A DNA stretch of 64,000 nucleotides from an uncultured Desulfosarcina sp. GTDB taxonomy: Bacteria; Desulfobacterota; Desulfobacteria; Desulfobacterales; Desulfosarcinaceae. The notes beneath the pieces are model-generated. The model was not told where the DNA came from, ran no database searches, and saw nothing but the letters and a program-made list of their open reading frames with translations. The stretch is from NCBI GenBank assembly GCA_963674945.2, contig CAXXWQ010000004.1, forward strand, positions 32,001 to 96,000, written 5' to 3'. Position numbers and translations under genes: made by a program. This document shows positions 43,086 through 53,174 of the stretch, piece by piece (position 1 is the first letter of the stretch; every line of letters begins with the position of its first letter).

Positions 43086-45200
43086 TTAGAAAGTGTATTT
43101 TATCTGAGCCCCGATCGTCTGTTTGGGCATGGGATACCCGTACACTTCCTGGTAGTTTTCACCAAAGAGGTTGTTAACATAAACCAAAAGTTTGGCCTTG
43201 TCTGATAAAAACGTATATTGCATCCCGACATCGGTAATAAAATAGCTATCCATGTCGTACCCGCCTTCACTCTTTCGGACACCAACATAACGCATATCAC
43301 ATGTCGCCATGAGATCTTTCATCAAGTCGTACCGAACACCGAGATTTGCCTTGTGTTTCGGTGGGACATCCACCCAAAACGAATCCGGCAGATCGGTTTC
43401 ATCGACTTTGTTTTCAAGATAGGTGTAGTTGCCGAAGATATTGATTGTATCAAACCTTGCGTCAAACTCAAACTCCATGCCATAAAAACCAACGCTATCG
43501 ATATTATAGGCAAACGCATTTGGATTATAGGCACTCGGCCTGTCGAGGGCGACATAATCGGAGACGTCCGAGTAGTAGACCACAAATCGAACATCGATGT
43601 TTTCCCTGATACGATGATACACCCCAGTGTCATAATGCCAGCTTGACTCATATTCCAATTTTTGCTGCAGCGCACCCGTGCGCATGTAGTAAGCCTCATC
43701 TCAACATCCCGGAACATGATAGTCCCTGTTTACCGATATGAATACGCTTGTCGCGGGCTGTAACTGGTGTGTCATGGTCACCTTCGGCAACCAAAATGTG
43801 TCGGTATAATGGTGCCTGTATTTAGGCACATCGGGATCGAGGGTATAGGGATAGGTTCGCTGATCGATCACGGACATCCGCAACCCGGTTTTCAGCGTCC
43901 ACTTGGGTAAAAACGCCCACACATCTTCGAAATATCCCGAGTTTATTTCGAATATTTTCGGCATCTCCTCCGCCCCGGTTTTTTTGTAGGAATATCCGAC
44001 ATCCAATGAATTGTTTTCCCAAAGATCGGCGTTCAGCTCAATGCCGCCGCCGATATGCTTTTCGATATACCCATCTCCACCACTAAAACTTTGTTCCTTG
44101 TTGCCGTCGTCGTCTAAGGTAATGTACCAACTGTTCTCCTCTCCCTCGGTATTGTAAAAATGCAACTTTAATAGAAATTTTTTAATTTGCTGCTCATAGG
44201 CGACATCGTAATGGTCCGCACTCTTTTCCTTATAATTCTTTTGCCCCGGGTCTTCGGGATAGGAAATGGAAGCCATTTTCAAGGTGTCCGCGTCTTTGGT
44301 CACCGTCGGATAATCGGGATCGTAATCGTCACGCGATGGATCGTTTACAACCGGATTATCCCGGGTAAACTCGGATCCTTTGTAGGACAGTGTAAGAAGG
44401 CCCTCAAAAGGAAACCGATAGCTCAACCTGGCAGAATAATTGTCTGAATCCCATTCGTTGTTTCTGAGGTAGCCGTCCGACTCCTGATGTCCGTATGATA
44501 AAAAATAGGTCAGGTCGCCGACACCGCCGTTCATCGTCGCATTTCCGGAAAAGGCCTGGGGATTATCATACTCGGGGATGATGGTATAATCTCCTCGAAC
44601 CGTGATCTTTGGTTTTAAAGTATCTTGTTTCTCCCCTTTTTTCATGATGATGTTAATGACGCCGCCTGCTGAATTCTCATACTTGGCTGAGGCGCCGCCC
44701 CGTATTATTTCTATTTTCTCGATGTCCGACAGGTTCAAACTCGACCAATCGATGGGCGTCATCGCCTTTCCGGACGAGCCGGTCACCGGCCTACCGTCGA
44801 TGGCAACCGTATAACGACTGTCCTCGAAACCGCGAAACATAATCACCTGTTGTGGATCGGGAATCGTTGAGCTGCGCATGACATCGATTCCCGCCATGTT
44901 CATCAGAATGTCCTCAACGCGATCGACAGAGCCGCTTTTCACATATTTATCGACGTCAACGATTGTGCTTGTGGGCGTGAATTTGATGGCGCCGCCATGG
45001 AAGGCGTGCACAAAGACATCCCCTAATTCGACAGGTTCTTCATCTTCCACCAGATCTACCGGTTCCTCAACTTCCGGCGGGCATGTCGGGCAGTCAGCAT
45101 TACCACTATTCGAGGTCTGGGACAACGCGACATTCGGTAGTAGCAGCAGTTTCACACAGCATCCGACCAGAAACAACTTCAACGTCCTTTTCAAAAACAT
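43086..45200 (-). CDS. TonB-dependent receptor, putative selenoprotein (Cys-Sec), 704 aa with UGA read-through at 43701-43703
   Basis: ORFs 43701-45200 (signal, plug, IEKIEIIRGG) and 43086-43685 (barrel end VNNLF...IKYTF) are in one frame separated by one TGA: HVPGC-TGA-DEAYYMRTG. Confidence 0.85.
43665..43689 (-). promoter_or_regulatory. SECIS-like hairpin of the TonB-dependent receptor
   Basis: mRNA CUACA(U)GCGCA-CGGG-UGCGC-UGCAG; bulged U and G-rich loop beginning 22 nt after the UGA. Confidence 0.65.
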
Positions 45201-45240
45201 CCTTCTTTTCCTTTCTTCACCATGGTTGTTCTGTTACAAA

Positions 45241-47421
45241 TCACACTTTTTCAATATTGCACAAAAATCCCCTGTAAGCGGGAAATGCGCTGATGGGATC
45301 CAATACCCCATCGTCTGTCAGTTCATTGGCACTGCTTTTATCCCAGCCGTGGGTCATCGCCACTTGGCCTTTGCCTAATCCTTTGATCAAGATCGCCTTT
45401 GCTGTTATGCTGCCCCTTGGAGAAATAATTCTCACCGCATCCCCATTTGAAATTCCTTTCGACGCAGCATCCTCCGGATTGATTTCGACCATCGGCTCAG
45501 GAGATTTTTTTAGAAGCGACGGGATATTATGATATTGAGAATGGTAAAAATATTTAATTCTACCACCGGTGTTCATTATGAAGGGATATGCTGACTGCAA
45601 TTCTTTGTTCCCGTAATTCTCATATGGATTCACGTAGACAGGCAGCGGGTCATACCCGAATTTTTTGAGTGTCGGGGATGAGAATTCTATTTTTTTCGAA
45701 GGCGTGTCAAGGCCTCTTTTTTCATATTTTCTGTATTGCGTAGTCTCGGATGGATGAACACCATTGAAGTTTTTCCTCAATTGGGCCGCAGTCAGATTCA
45801 CCGGTTTTAAATGCTCGTCGATCGCTTCATCGAGATTTTGCCATGGAAATTCTTTCGTGTATCCCATTGTTTTTGCCAATTCGAACCAGAATTTCCATGT
45901 GGGCCATGCTTTTCCCTGCTCCGGTATGACTTTGGGGGTCATAAAAATACTGTTTCGCGCCTTAAAGCCGTCACACTCCATAAATGTCGCCGCCGGCAAC
46001 ACGATATCGGCCATTTTTGCTGTCTCGGTCATAAAAAGATCCATGACGACCATGAGATCAAGCTTTTTAAAAGCTTCTCGCTGATGGGACACATTGGGCC
46101 CGGTCGAAAGGGGATTGCCGCCGACCACCAAAAGTGCTTTGATCGGATAAGGCTTGCCGGTCAAGATCGTCTCCGGCAATTTGTTTGCGCTTACCATATC
46201 ATGGTATTTCCACAAGAGTGGATAGCTCTCTTCCGTGATTCCGGGAACAGCCCTGTTTCTTATTTCTTTCAGATCCATGGGGGCAAGCTCGGTTTTTCGT
46301 TCCGACATCATGTTGCCCCCCTTAATATCGATATTGCCCGTAAGCGCCTGCAGAAGCTGTATGGAACGAATGGTCTGTACACCGTTTAGATGGAGTTCAA
46401 GGGCATTTCCCGTTGAAATACAGGCAGGACCGCTAGTGGCATATTCTACCGCAAATTTTTGAATATCGTCGGCCGGAATGCCTGTAATGGCCGCCGCTTT
46501 TTCGACCGGATACGCAGAAGCGAGTTTTTTGTATTCATCAAACCCGAGTCCATAGCTTTTCACGAACTTTTCGGCATACAGTTTCTTTTGGATAATGATA
46601 TTTGCCACGGCAAGGGCAAGTGCCCCGTCCGTTCCGGGTTTCGGACTGAGGTGACGATCCGCGACTCTGGTCATGGCGCCGGGTCGTGGATCGATGCATA
46701 CGAGTTTTGCACCCGATTCTTTCGCAGGAAGAACCCGGTTTAACCACGTCGGAATACTCGAGGTGGCAGGATTACAACCCCACTGGACGATATAGCGGGA
46801 ATTCTCATAATCCGACCATAGGGAGCCGATACTATACTTTTTGGCAACGGCACCTGCGACATGACACTGGCTGCCGCATCCCGTGAAATTGGGGGAGCCA
46901 TACACATCGCAAAAACGCCTTATAAAGTTCCTGTAGAAACCATCTCGCACCTGACTCACACCATAATGGAATACGACGGATTCAGGTCCCGGGGATGATT
47001 TGTATTCACCGAGCTTTTCTGCAATCTCTGCGAGAGCTTCATCCCAGCCGATCTCGACAAATTTGCCACCCTTTCTTTTCAGAGGACTCAATATCCTGTC
47101 CGGTGCATGGACAATCTCCGGGGTCGCAAGCCCCATATCACATAAAAATCCTTTGGATATCGGATCCTCTTCCCATGGCCCAACCGCCTTGATGATGTTA
47201 TCCTTAACATACGCCTTCATACCGCAGTCTTTGCCGCAAAGACCGCATCTTGTTATAATTTCTTTGGTTCCCGCCAATTGATTCTTGCTATTCTGACTCG
47301 CGGAAAGAACGCCTGCTCCACTAAACGCTACAGAAATGCCCGCAATTTCGAGAAACTTTAAAAATTCCCGCCGTGTGTATCCATTTGATGCCGTTTTCGG
47401 AACGATGATTTTCTTTTGCAA
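45241..47421 (-). CDS. Tat-exported Mo/W-bisPGD oxidoreductase (DMSO reductase superfamily), substrate unknown
   Basis: TRREFLK Tat motif, CGLCGKDC...C 4Fe-4S, candidate Cys ligand GSQCH, PGTDGALAL, TETAKMADIVLPA, VEINPEDA. Confidence 0.9.
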   Translation of the reverse strand: MQKKIIVPKTASNGYTRREFLKFLEIAGISVAFSGAGVLSASQNSKNQLAGTKEIITRCGLCGKDCGMKAYVKDNIIKAVGPWEEDPISKGFLCDMGLATPEIVHAPDRILSPLKRKGGKFVEIGWDEALAEIAEKLGEYKSSPGPESVVFHYGVSQVRDGFYRNFIRRFCDVYGSPNFTGCGSQCHVAGAVAKKYSIGSLWSDYENSRYIVQWGCNPATSSIPTWLNRVLPAKESGAKLVCIDPRPGAMTRVADRHLSPKPGTDGALALAVANIIIQKKLYAEKFVKSYGLGFDEYKKLASAYPVEKAAAITGIPADDIQKFAVEYATSGPACISTGNALELHLNGVQTIRSIQLLQALTGNIDIKGGNMMSERKTELAPMDLKEIRNRAVPGITEESYPLLWKYHDMVSANKLPETILTGKPYPIKALLVVGGNPLSTGPNVSHQREAFKKLDLMVVMDLFMTETAKMADIVLPAATFMECDGFKARNSIFMTPKVIPEQGKAWPTWKFWFELAKTMGYTKEFPWQNLDEAIDEHLKPVNLTAAQLRKNFNGVHPSETTQYRKYEKRGLDTPSKKIEFSSPTLKKFGYDPLPVYVNPYENYGNKELQSAYPFIMNTGGRIKYFYHSQYHNIPSLLKKSPEPMVEINPEDAASKGISNGDAVRIISPRGSITAKAILIKGLGKGQVAMTHGWDKSSANELTDDGVLDPISAFPAYRGFLCNIEKV

Positions 47422-47438
47422 TGCTGTGTCTCCTCATC

Positions 47439-47846
47439 TTATATGTTTTTCTCAGTGGCAAGGCAGAGTCTCCCGGCGCCGGCCGCCTTGGCCAGATCCA
47501 TTACGCGAACCACCTTGTTTAAAACGGTGCCACGATCGGCCTTGATGACGACAAGCCTGTCAGGGTCTGTGCCGATCTGCCCTTTGAGCTCTGTAAACAG
47601 TTTGTCCAGGGAGATTTCCGTATCGGCCAGATAGGCCCGTCCCTCGCGGTCCACGTATACGGTAATCTCCTGTTGGGTCTGGGGTGCGGCTGCCTTGGCT
47701 TGGGGAAGCTTGATCTTAATTCCCTCATCGACCATGAAATTGGTGGTCAATAAAAAGTAGATCAGCAGCATGAATACAATGTCGATCAGAGAAGTCAGGG
47801 GTGCCTGAATCTGATACCGGTCTTTTTTTTTTCTCTCGGTGAACAT
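47439..47846 (-). CDS. exbD: Biopolymer transport protein ExbD
   Basis: LTSLIDIVFMLLIYFLLTT, IKADR, VMDLAKAAG. Confidence 0.9.
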   Translation of the reverse strand: MFTERKKKDRYQIQAPLTSLIDIVFMLLIYFLLTTNFMVDEGIKIKLPQAKAAAPQTQQEITVYVDREGRAYLADTEISLDKLFTELKGQIGTDPDRLVVIKADRGTVLNKVVRVMDLAKAAGAGRLCLATEKNI

Positions 47847-47867
47847 AAAAAGTTCCTATATACATGA

Positions 47868-48482
47868 TTATACGGGTTGATTCTTGTTGATGGCCTTCAT
47901 GAAAGACACGGCCCCACCTTGCAATCTGGCCTCATATTTATCCACTCTGGCAATCAGATAACTGTGCGCCACCATGGTGGGCAACGCAACCGCCAAACCA
48001 AACGCCGTCGTCAGCATGGCTTCCCATATACCGCCGGCGAGAACGGCTGCGTTCACCTTGCCGCCCATCTGCTGAATGACCATGAAGGCCTTGATCATTC
48101 CCACAACGGTTCCCAGAAGTCCCAGCAAAGGGGCAATATTTCCGATGGTGGCCAGTGTCTGGAGGTAGGACGACAGGTTCCTGACCTCTTCTTCCGTTGC
48201 GTGGACCAATACGGTTTCAATGGTTTCGCGGTCCTGGTCCCTCACATCGATTGCCTGGGCCAACACCCGGCCCATGGGTGAATTGCTTTCGGAAGCTAGC
48301 TGCAGCGCCTCTTTCTCTTTTCCCTCTTTAAGAAATGAAACAGTCTTTTTCGCCAGACCGGCGCCGCGACTTCGCATCCGGCTGAACCGAATCAACCGTT
48401 CCACAAAAATTGCCAGTGCAAAAACAGAACAAAGCAGTATGGGAACGACGAGAACGCCCCCTTTGGATAAAAATTCGAGCAT
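47868..48482 (-). CDS. exbB: Biopolymer transport protein ExbB (MotA/TolQ/ExbB)
   Basis: IAPLLGLLGTVVGMIKAF, LAGGIWEAMLTTAFGL. Confidence 0.9.
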   Translation of the reverse strand: MLEFLSKGGVLVVPILLCSVFALAIFVERLIRFSRMRSRGAGLAKKTVSFLKEGKEKEALQLASESNSPMGRVLAQAIDVRDQDRETIETVLVHATEEEVRNLSSYLQTLATIGNIAPLLGLLGTVVGMIKAFMVIQQMGGKVNAAVLAGGIWEAMLTTAFGLAVALPTMVAHSYLIARVDKYEARLQGGAVSFMKAINKNQPV

Positions 48483-48497
48483 TGTTTTTTCCTTACG

Positions 48498-50327
48498 TTA
48501 TGATTTACTCTGGTTCGGACGTTCAGATGTTTGTTGATTTTGCGGTTCTTCCACAATATCCGCGATACCATCGAAGTCCATATCCCTTGACCGCTTGATT
48601 AATGCCTCGGCATCATCATAATATTCCCACAGATCGGTTTTGCCGTCCGCGTTGGTATCCTCTTCCAGCTTATTCAACATGCCTTGGCGATAAAAATACC
48701 AGATGTCGGGCCGACCATCGCCGTTCTTGTCATGCTCGGCATGGGTGGCTTTTTCATTTGTGTCGTAATACCAAGTGATATTCAGTCGACCGGTGTCGCC
48801 TTCATCCGCCTGGCTTTTAATCAGTTTGCCGGCGTCGCTGTAATACTCTCTTTGATCGATCGCGCCGTTACTGTCCTCGTCTATCTCTTTGACGACAAGG
48901 GCTTTGTTCTTATAGAAGGATCGAAGCTCTGGGTTCTCATCCTGATCCGTGTCGATTTCCATCACCATGGACCACTCCGGCTTGTCGAACCACTGGGTCG
49001 TTTCGAAATGCGAATCAAAATCCGCATCTTTTATGATCCTTTGTTTCTTGCCCCCGACATAGTAGATTTTCAGATCGATGGCGCCGTCGTTGTTTTCATC
49101 TCTCTCCGATCGTACCAACAGGTCTTTTGCATAGTAATGAAAGGTATCGAAGGTTTCATTAAAATCCGTATCGCTTTCGGCCTTTTCGCGTTGTTCCTTG
49201 CCATTGAAATAGATGATGGTATCGATCTTTTTATCGCCGTTGTCATCTTTGGTCTGGCGGATCATCTTGTTTTTTTCAAACCAGGAAACTGTTTCAAGAT
49301 AGGTATCGTTGTTTTCATCAAAGGAGACTTTGACCGGCTCACCATTTTTAAAAATGCGGATTCGATCGATGCTGCCGTCAAACTTGGAGTCCTCTTTGAT
49401 CAGCGAAGGATTTTGATCGTTGTCAAATGTGACAAAATAATCCGGTTCATCATCGTAATTGGTATCTTTTTCCTGGGTAACGGGTTTGCCGTCTGCAAAT
49501 TTGGTAAACACATCGAACCGGCCGTCCAGGTTGGTGTCCTTCTCCTGTCGTTTTGGCAGCTCTTTTTCGAAAAAGGTCACGGTATCGAACCGGCCGTCCA
49601 GGTCCACATCTTTGCGCTGTTCTTTGATGGTACCGGCTTCATACAAACAGAAGGTTTCCATCTTTCCATCTTTGTCGTGATCGTGGTCGCTCTCTTTGGG
49701 CCTGGCCTGATCATCGAACCGTACAAATCTCTCCAGCCGTCCATCCCCGTCATCGTCTACCCTTCTTTCAACGGGCATATCGTTTTTATAGGTCGTCCAG
49801 ATGTTCACCTCGCCGTCGCCGTCCGTATCTTTGGTACTGGAGAGAACAACGCCTTCCTTGTAATTGAACACCGTGTCAAACCGCTGATCGGATGTGGTGT
49901 CCTTTTTGACAACCAGGGGCCTTTCCATGGCATCGAAAGTGATCATTTGGGTCATATGCCCCTGTGGATCGAACCGTTCATGGCGAATGCGCTTTTCCTT
50001 TTCAAAATAGTCTTTGGTATCGATGTGGCGATCATGATCCAGATCCCGCTCAACCCGCGTCAGCACTTCATTTTCATAATACTGAAAACTATCCATCACC
50101 TCATCGCCATTGCTGTCGATTTCCAGTTTCTCTACCATCCGCTTGCTGTTGAAATGAATGATCCGATCGATTTTCCCGTCCTCATCCATGTCTTTTTCGA
50201 TCCTGCTCGAATCTGCCGATAACGGACCGGGTAGCCACATCGAAAGGACCATGAGAAAGGCAATAACCACCAAAGAGATAATCTTTGGATGCGATTTTTT
50301 GTTTTCAATAGACTTCATTACATCCAC
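48498..50327 (-). CDS. Exported protein built of ~22 DxDxDG-like repeats
   Basis: Signal peptide, then ~22-23-aa units such as DMDEDGKID, DVDLDGRFD, DKNGDGRPD, each followed by a short beta-strand. Confidence 0.8.
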   Translation of the reverse strand: MDVMKSIENKKSHPKIISLVVIAFLMVLSMWLPGPLSADSSRIEKDMDEDGKIDRIIHFNSKRMVEKLEIDSNGDEVMDSFQYYENEVLTRVERDLDHDRHIDTKDYFEKEKRIRHERFDPQGHMTQMITFDAMERPLVVKKDTTSDQRFDTVFNYKEGVVLSSTKDTDGDGEVNIWTTYKNDMPVERRVDDDGDGRLERFVRFDDQARPKESDHDHDKDGKMETFCLYEAGTIKEQRKDVDLDGRFDTVTFFEKELPKRQEKDTNLDGRFDVFTKFADGKPVTQEKDTNYDDEPDYFVTFDNDQNPSLIKEDSKFDGSIDRIRIFKNGEPVKVSFDENNDTYLETVSWFEKNKMIRQTKDDNGDKKIDTIIYFNGKEQREKAESDTDFNETFDTFHYYAKDLLVRSERDENNDGAIDLKIYYVGGKKQRIIKDADFDSHFETTQWFDKPEWSMVMEIDTDQDENPELRSFYKNKALVVKEIDEDSNGAIDQREYYSDAGKLIKSQADEGDTGRLNITWYYDTNEKATHAEHDKNGDGRPDIWYFYRQGMLNKLEEDTNADGKTDLWEYYDDAEALIKRSRDMDFDGIADIVEEPQNQQTSERPNQSKS

Positions 50328-50344
50328 CTTGCTTTCCGAAAGCT

Positions 50345-51046
50345 TCAGGTTGTCTCGAAAATAATATTCAATTCCATGGGGATATCTTTTTTAAAAAATC
50401 GGTGCGGAGGTCTTGGAAACGGGGCCGCTCCCTTTACCGCCTCGATGGCGGCCTGGTTGAGTATGGCATGGGGACACGATTGAACGACCTGAACGTTGCG
50501 CACCCCTCCCTGGCGGGTCACCACAAACCGCACGGTGATACGCCCCTCTTGTTGCATACTCTTGGCCGATTCCGGATATTTTTTGCTCGATTCGATTTTG
50601 AGTATCACCATCTCATAGTAGCTTTTTGCAGTGGTGAATGCAGCCGATGTGTCCAGGATTTCGCCGATCTGGTAATTACTCCGGCCGGCATTCAAATCGG
50701 ACGGCAGGTCCGGAACGGAAATCTGGGCCATTAGATTCTTGGAAACGGAGTTGTCAACCGGGTCGATTTTCATGGGCTGGATACGCGGAACACGCATGCG
50801 TTTCACACGGACCTGTTTGACATCTTCGGGTTGCTCGAGCTGTTTGGGACGCATCACCGGTCGCGGAATGGTCCTTGCAAAAGATTTTGAAAGATCTTGC
50901 ATGGAAAGCTCGATATAGCTGATGGCCTGGGATTGGTAGATACCCGCCACATGCAGCAATATGAAAATATGAAGTACAATGGATACCATAATCAGGTATC
51001 GCAGTAGCTTATTGGGACCTTGATTCGGGTGTTGTAATGCTTCCAT
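50345..51046 (-). CDS. tonB: Energy transducer TonB
   Basis: TM helix with SIVLH, C-terminal YPESAKSMQQEGRITVRF...LNQAAIEAV..AAPFP. Confidence 0.88.
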   Translation of the reverse strand: MEALQHPNQGPNKLLRYLIMVSIVLHIFILLHVAGIYQSQAISYIELSMQDLSKSFARTIPRPVMRPKQLEQPEDVKQVRVKRMRVPRIQPMKIDPVDNSVSKNLMAQISVPDLPSDLNAGRSNYQIGEILDTSAAFTTAKSYYEMVILKIESSKKYPESAKSMQQEGRITVRFVVTRQGGVRNVQVVQSCPHAILNQAAIEAVKGAAPFPRPPHRFFKKDIPMELNIIFETT

Positions 51047-51210
51047 AGTAAAAATCGTCCGGGCGGTTATAATGTTACGTAATCACTAACGCCGGCAACC
51101 GGCCGGCCCCACTTACCTGTTCTCGACCCTTTTGCTAGAAAAGAATCACTTGTGAAAATCTCTCACATCCACTGTTGTGAAAGCATCCAAGATGCAACCG
51201 TGTCCCCTGT

Positions 51211-52218
51211 CTATGTATTCCCTCTTCTATTTTCTTCCGGCGACTCGTGTACCGGCAAATAATTGTAATCAACAATCTTTTCGATGGGGACACTTTTAGG
51301 CAACTTACCGATATTGATCATGATTTCCTGCTGTTTGTAAATTTGCCGTTCCGGTTCCCTTCCATCTTCAAATTCTCGGAGCGCGGACTTCATCGCCACT
51401 TTCATCTCCACTCCGGTGTATTTGGGAATCCATCTTCTCGCACTCATTTCATTATGTTTGATATAGTCAAAAGCCTTGACCAGCCCACGAAGAAAAGCCC
51501 TGACTTTTTGCGGATGCTCTTTCAAGTACTTGTCCGTAAAGAACAGTCCGCTGAATATGTATCCTGGAATCGCATCGTTGAACGATACCAACAGTCGGCT
51601 CGCACCATGCATCTCCAGCATGGTCGCGGTTGGATCTCATGCCAGAATGACATCAACTCCCTTGGACTTTAAGGCCGCCTCATGTTTCATGGAGTCATCC
51701 AGCTTGATCCCTTTAATGGCCCGTATGTCGTCCTTTGTCAGCCCGGCCATTTTCAATGTCTCCGACAGAATCATGGCCGTTGTAATGGACCCGGATTCAG
51801 CCACCCGGCTCCCCCTTAAATCGTTTACCGAATGGATCTCGCTTTTTTGATCCACGTGCAGTCCGCACCGTGTACCGGTGTGGGCATGCCCCAGCCAGGC
51901 CACTATCTTTATGGGGATATTTCTAAGACCCGCATGAAAGACCCCGCCCAGATCGAGTTGGCCGGCATCGATATCCCCATGAAGGGCGGTGGCAATGATA
52001 TTGTGCTCACCCACCAGGCGGATCAGGTGTACATCCAACCCTTCCTGCTTCCAAAGGCCCTGCTCCAGGCCGACGTACAGTGGCAGATCGTCAATACTGC
52101 GGCTGTACGTGATGGTCATTTCCTCCAAGGCTGGTTCCGCGGCTGTGCCATGGTTCACCATAAAAAAGGAAAGAGCGGTTACGGTTGTCAATACGGTTAA
52201 CACGATCCGTCTGTTCAT
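51211..52218 (-). CDS. SsuA/THI5-like ABC substrate-binding protein, putative selenoprotein, 335 aa with UGA read-through at 51637-51639
   Basis: ORFs 51637-52218 and 51211-51621 are in one frame separated by one TGA: GVDVILA-TGA-DPTATMLE; the halves together give a normal-sized binding protein. Confidence 0.85.
51601..51628 (-). promoter_or_regulatory. SECIS-like hairpin of the ABC binding protein
   Basis: mRNA CGC(G)ACCAUGC-UGGAGAU-GCAUGGU-GCG; loop GG 20 nt after the UGA. Confidence 0.7.
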
Positions 52219-52376
52219 AATGTCTCTTTTTTAGTGTCCGTCCGGAAATCGGCAAATTTGGTCGAGATCAAGGCGCGTGAAAATTTTTCCGCAGGCATAT
52301 GGTTGATATTCCGAGGATAAAATTTTGAGCGCAACGCCGATATCGGGCAAATTGGCCATTTCTGGATGGACACTTT

Positions 52377-53174
52377 TTAGTTGCCTCCGGCCAGGGATGT
52401 CTCTGTATGCCATACGAGAATATGCCCCTGGATAAAGCGTGCCAGACGATCCAGTGAGAACCCCATGAGAGAAATCACGAGGATCCCGGCAAACATTCTG
52501 TCCGTCGCAAATGTCCGTTGGGCATCGATCACCAGGAAACCGATTCCGGAATCCGCCGCCAGCATTTCAACGCCGACGATGGCCAGCATGGACATGGCCG
52601 TTGAAATACGCATGCCGGTGATAATCATCGGAAGCGCCGAAGGAATGAGAACCTTTGTCCACATCTGCAAACCGTCGGCCCCCAGTGCCCGCGCCGCCTG
52701 AATCAAACGGACATCGACGCCTTTGATGCCGGCAATCGTATTGAGCACGATGGGGAAAAAGCATGCCTTGACAATGATGGCGATCTTCGAGCCGTTTCCG
52801 ATACCGAACCACACAAACATCACCGGAACGAGGGCAAAGGTTGAAATGGGACGAATCAGCTCAATCAACGGATCGAAAATATTTTCGAATAGTCTCGACC
52901 AGGCCACCAGAATACCGATACTCAGTCCCATCGCCGCAGCAATCAGATATCCGGCCACAGCCCGCAAAATGCTGACCCCGATATGGGGAAACACTTCTCC
53001 GGATATGGTCATGTCATAAAGCGCTGCCAGTATGGAACTGGGGGCCGGGAAAAAAAATGGATCGATCAGGCCGCTTTGACCGATCACTTCGCACACGATC
53101 AGAATGAAAAGTGGCGAAATCATTTTTTTCCAGCTGCCCTCCATTATTCCTGCGAATCCTGTATCTCTTCCCAA
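52377..53174 (-). CDS. ABC transporter permease (SsuC/TauC type)
   Basis: FPAPS, IRPIS, WFGIG, EAA loop QAARALGA, EMLAADSGIG; start may be a later ATG. Confidence 0.9.
   Translation of the reverse strand: MGRDTGFAGIMEGSWKKMISPLFILIVCEVIGQSGLIDPFFFPAPSSILAALYDMTISGEVFPHIGVSILRAVAGYLIAAAMGLSIGILVAWSRLFENIFDPLIELIRPISTFALVPVMFVWFGIGNGSKIAIIVKACFFPIVLNTIAGIKGVDVRLIQAARALGADGLQMWTKVLIPSALPMIITGMRISTAMSMLAIVGVEMLAADSGIGFLVIDAQRTFATDRMFAGILVISLMGFSLDRLARFIQGHILVWHTETSLAGGN

Noticed and set aside
41343..47421. Calling the cluster a periplasmic nitrate reductase (nap) operon
   Set aside because: The catalytic subunit does not show recognisable NapA motifs, and napB/napD/napC are absent
48684..50222. 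Long antisense ORFs (also 20590-21960, 59059-60207, 60646-61731, 56526-57398)
   Set aside because: Shadow frames of well-supported genes on the opposite strand with no domain motifs
48498..50327. Periodic DNA resembling a CRISPR array or tandem repeat
   Set aside because: The periodicity is at protein level with degenerate codons; no identical direct repeats and no cas genes
43086..52218. Alternative genetic code (UGA=Trp/Gly) as the explanation of the two in-frame TGAs
   Set aside because: Many genes here end normally at TGA (livH, livF, carB, tonB, the molybdoenzyme), so UGA is a general stop in this genome
52231..52413. 60-aa ORF between the permease and the binding protein
   Set aside because: Overlaps the permease, no clear RBS or motif
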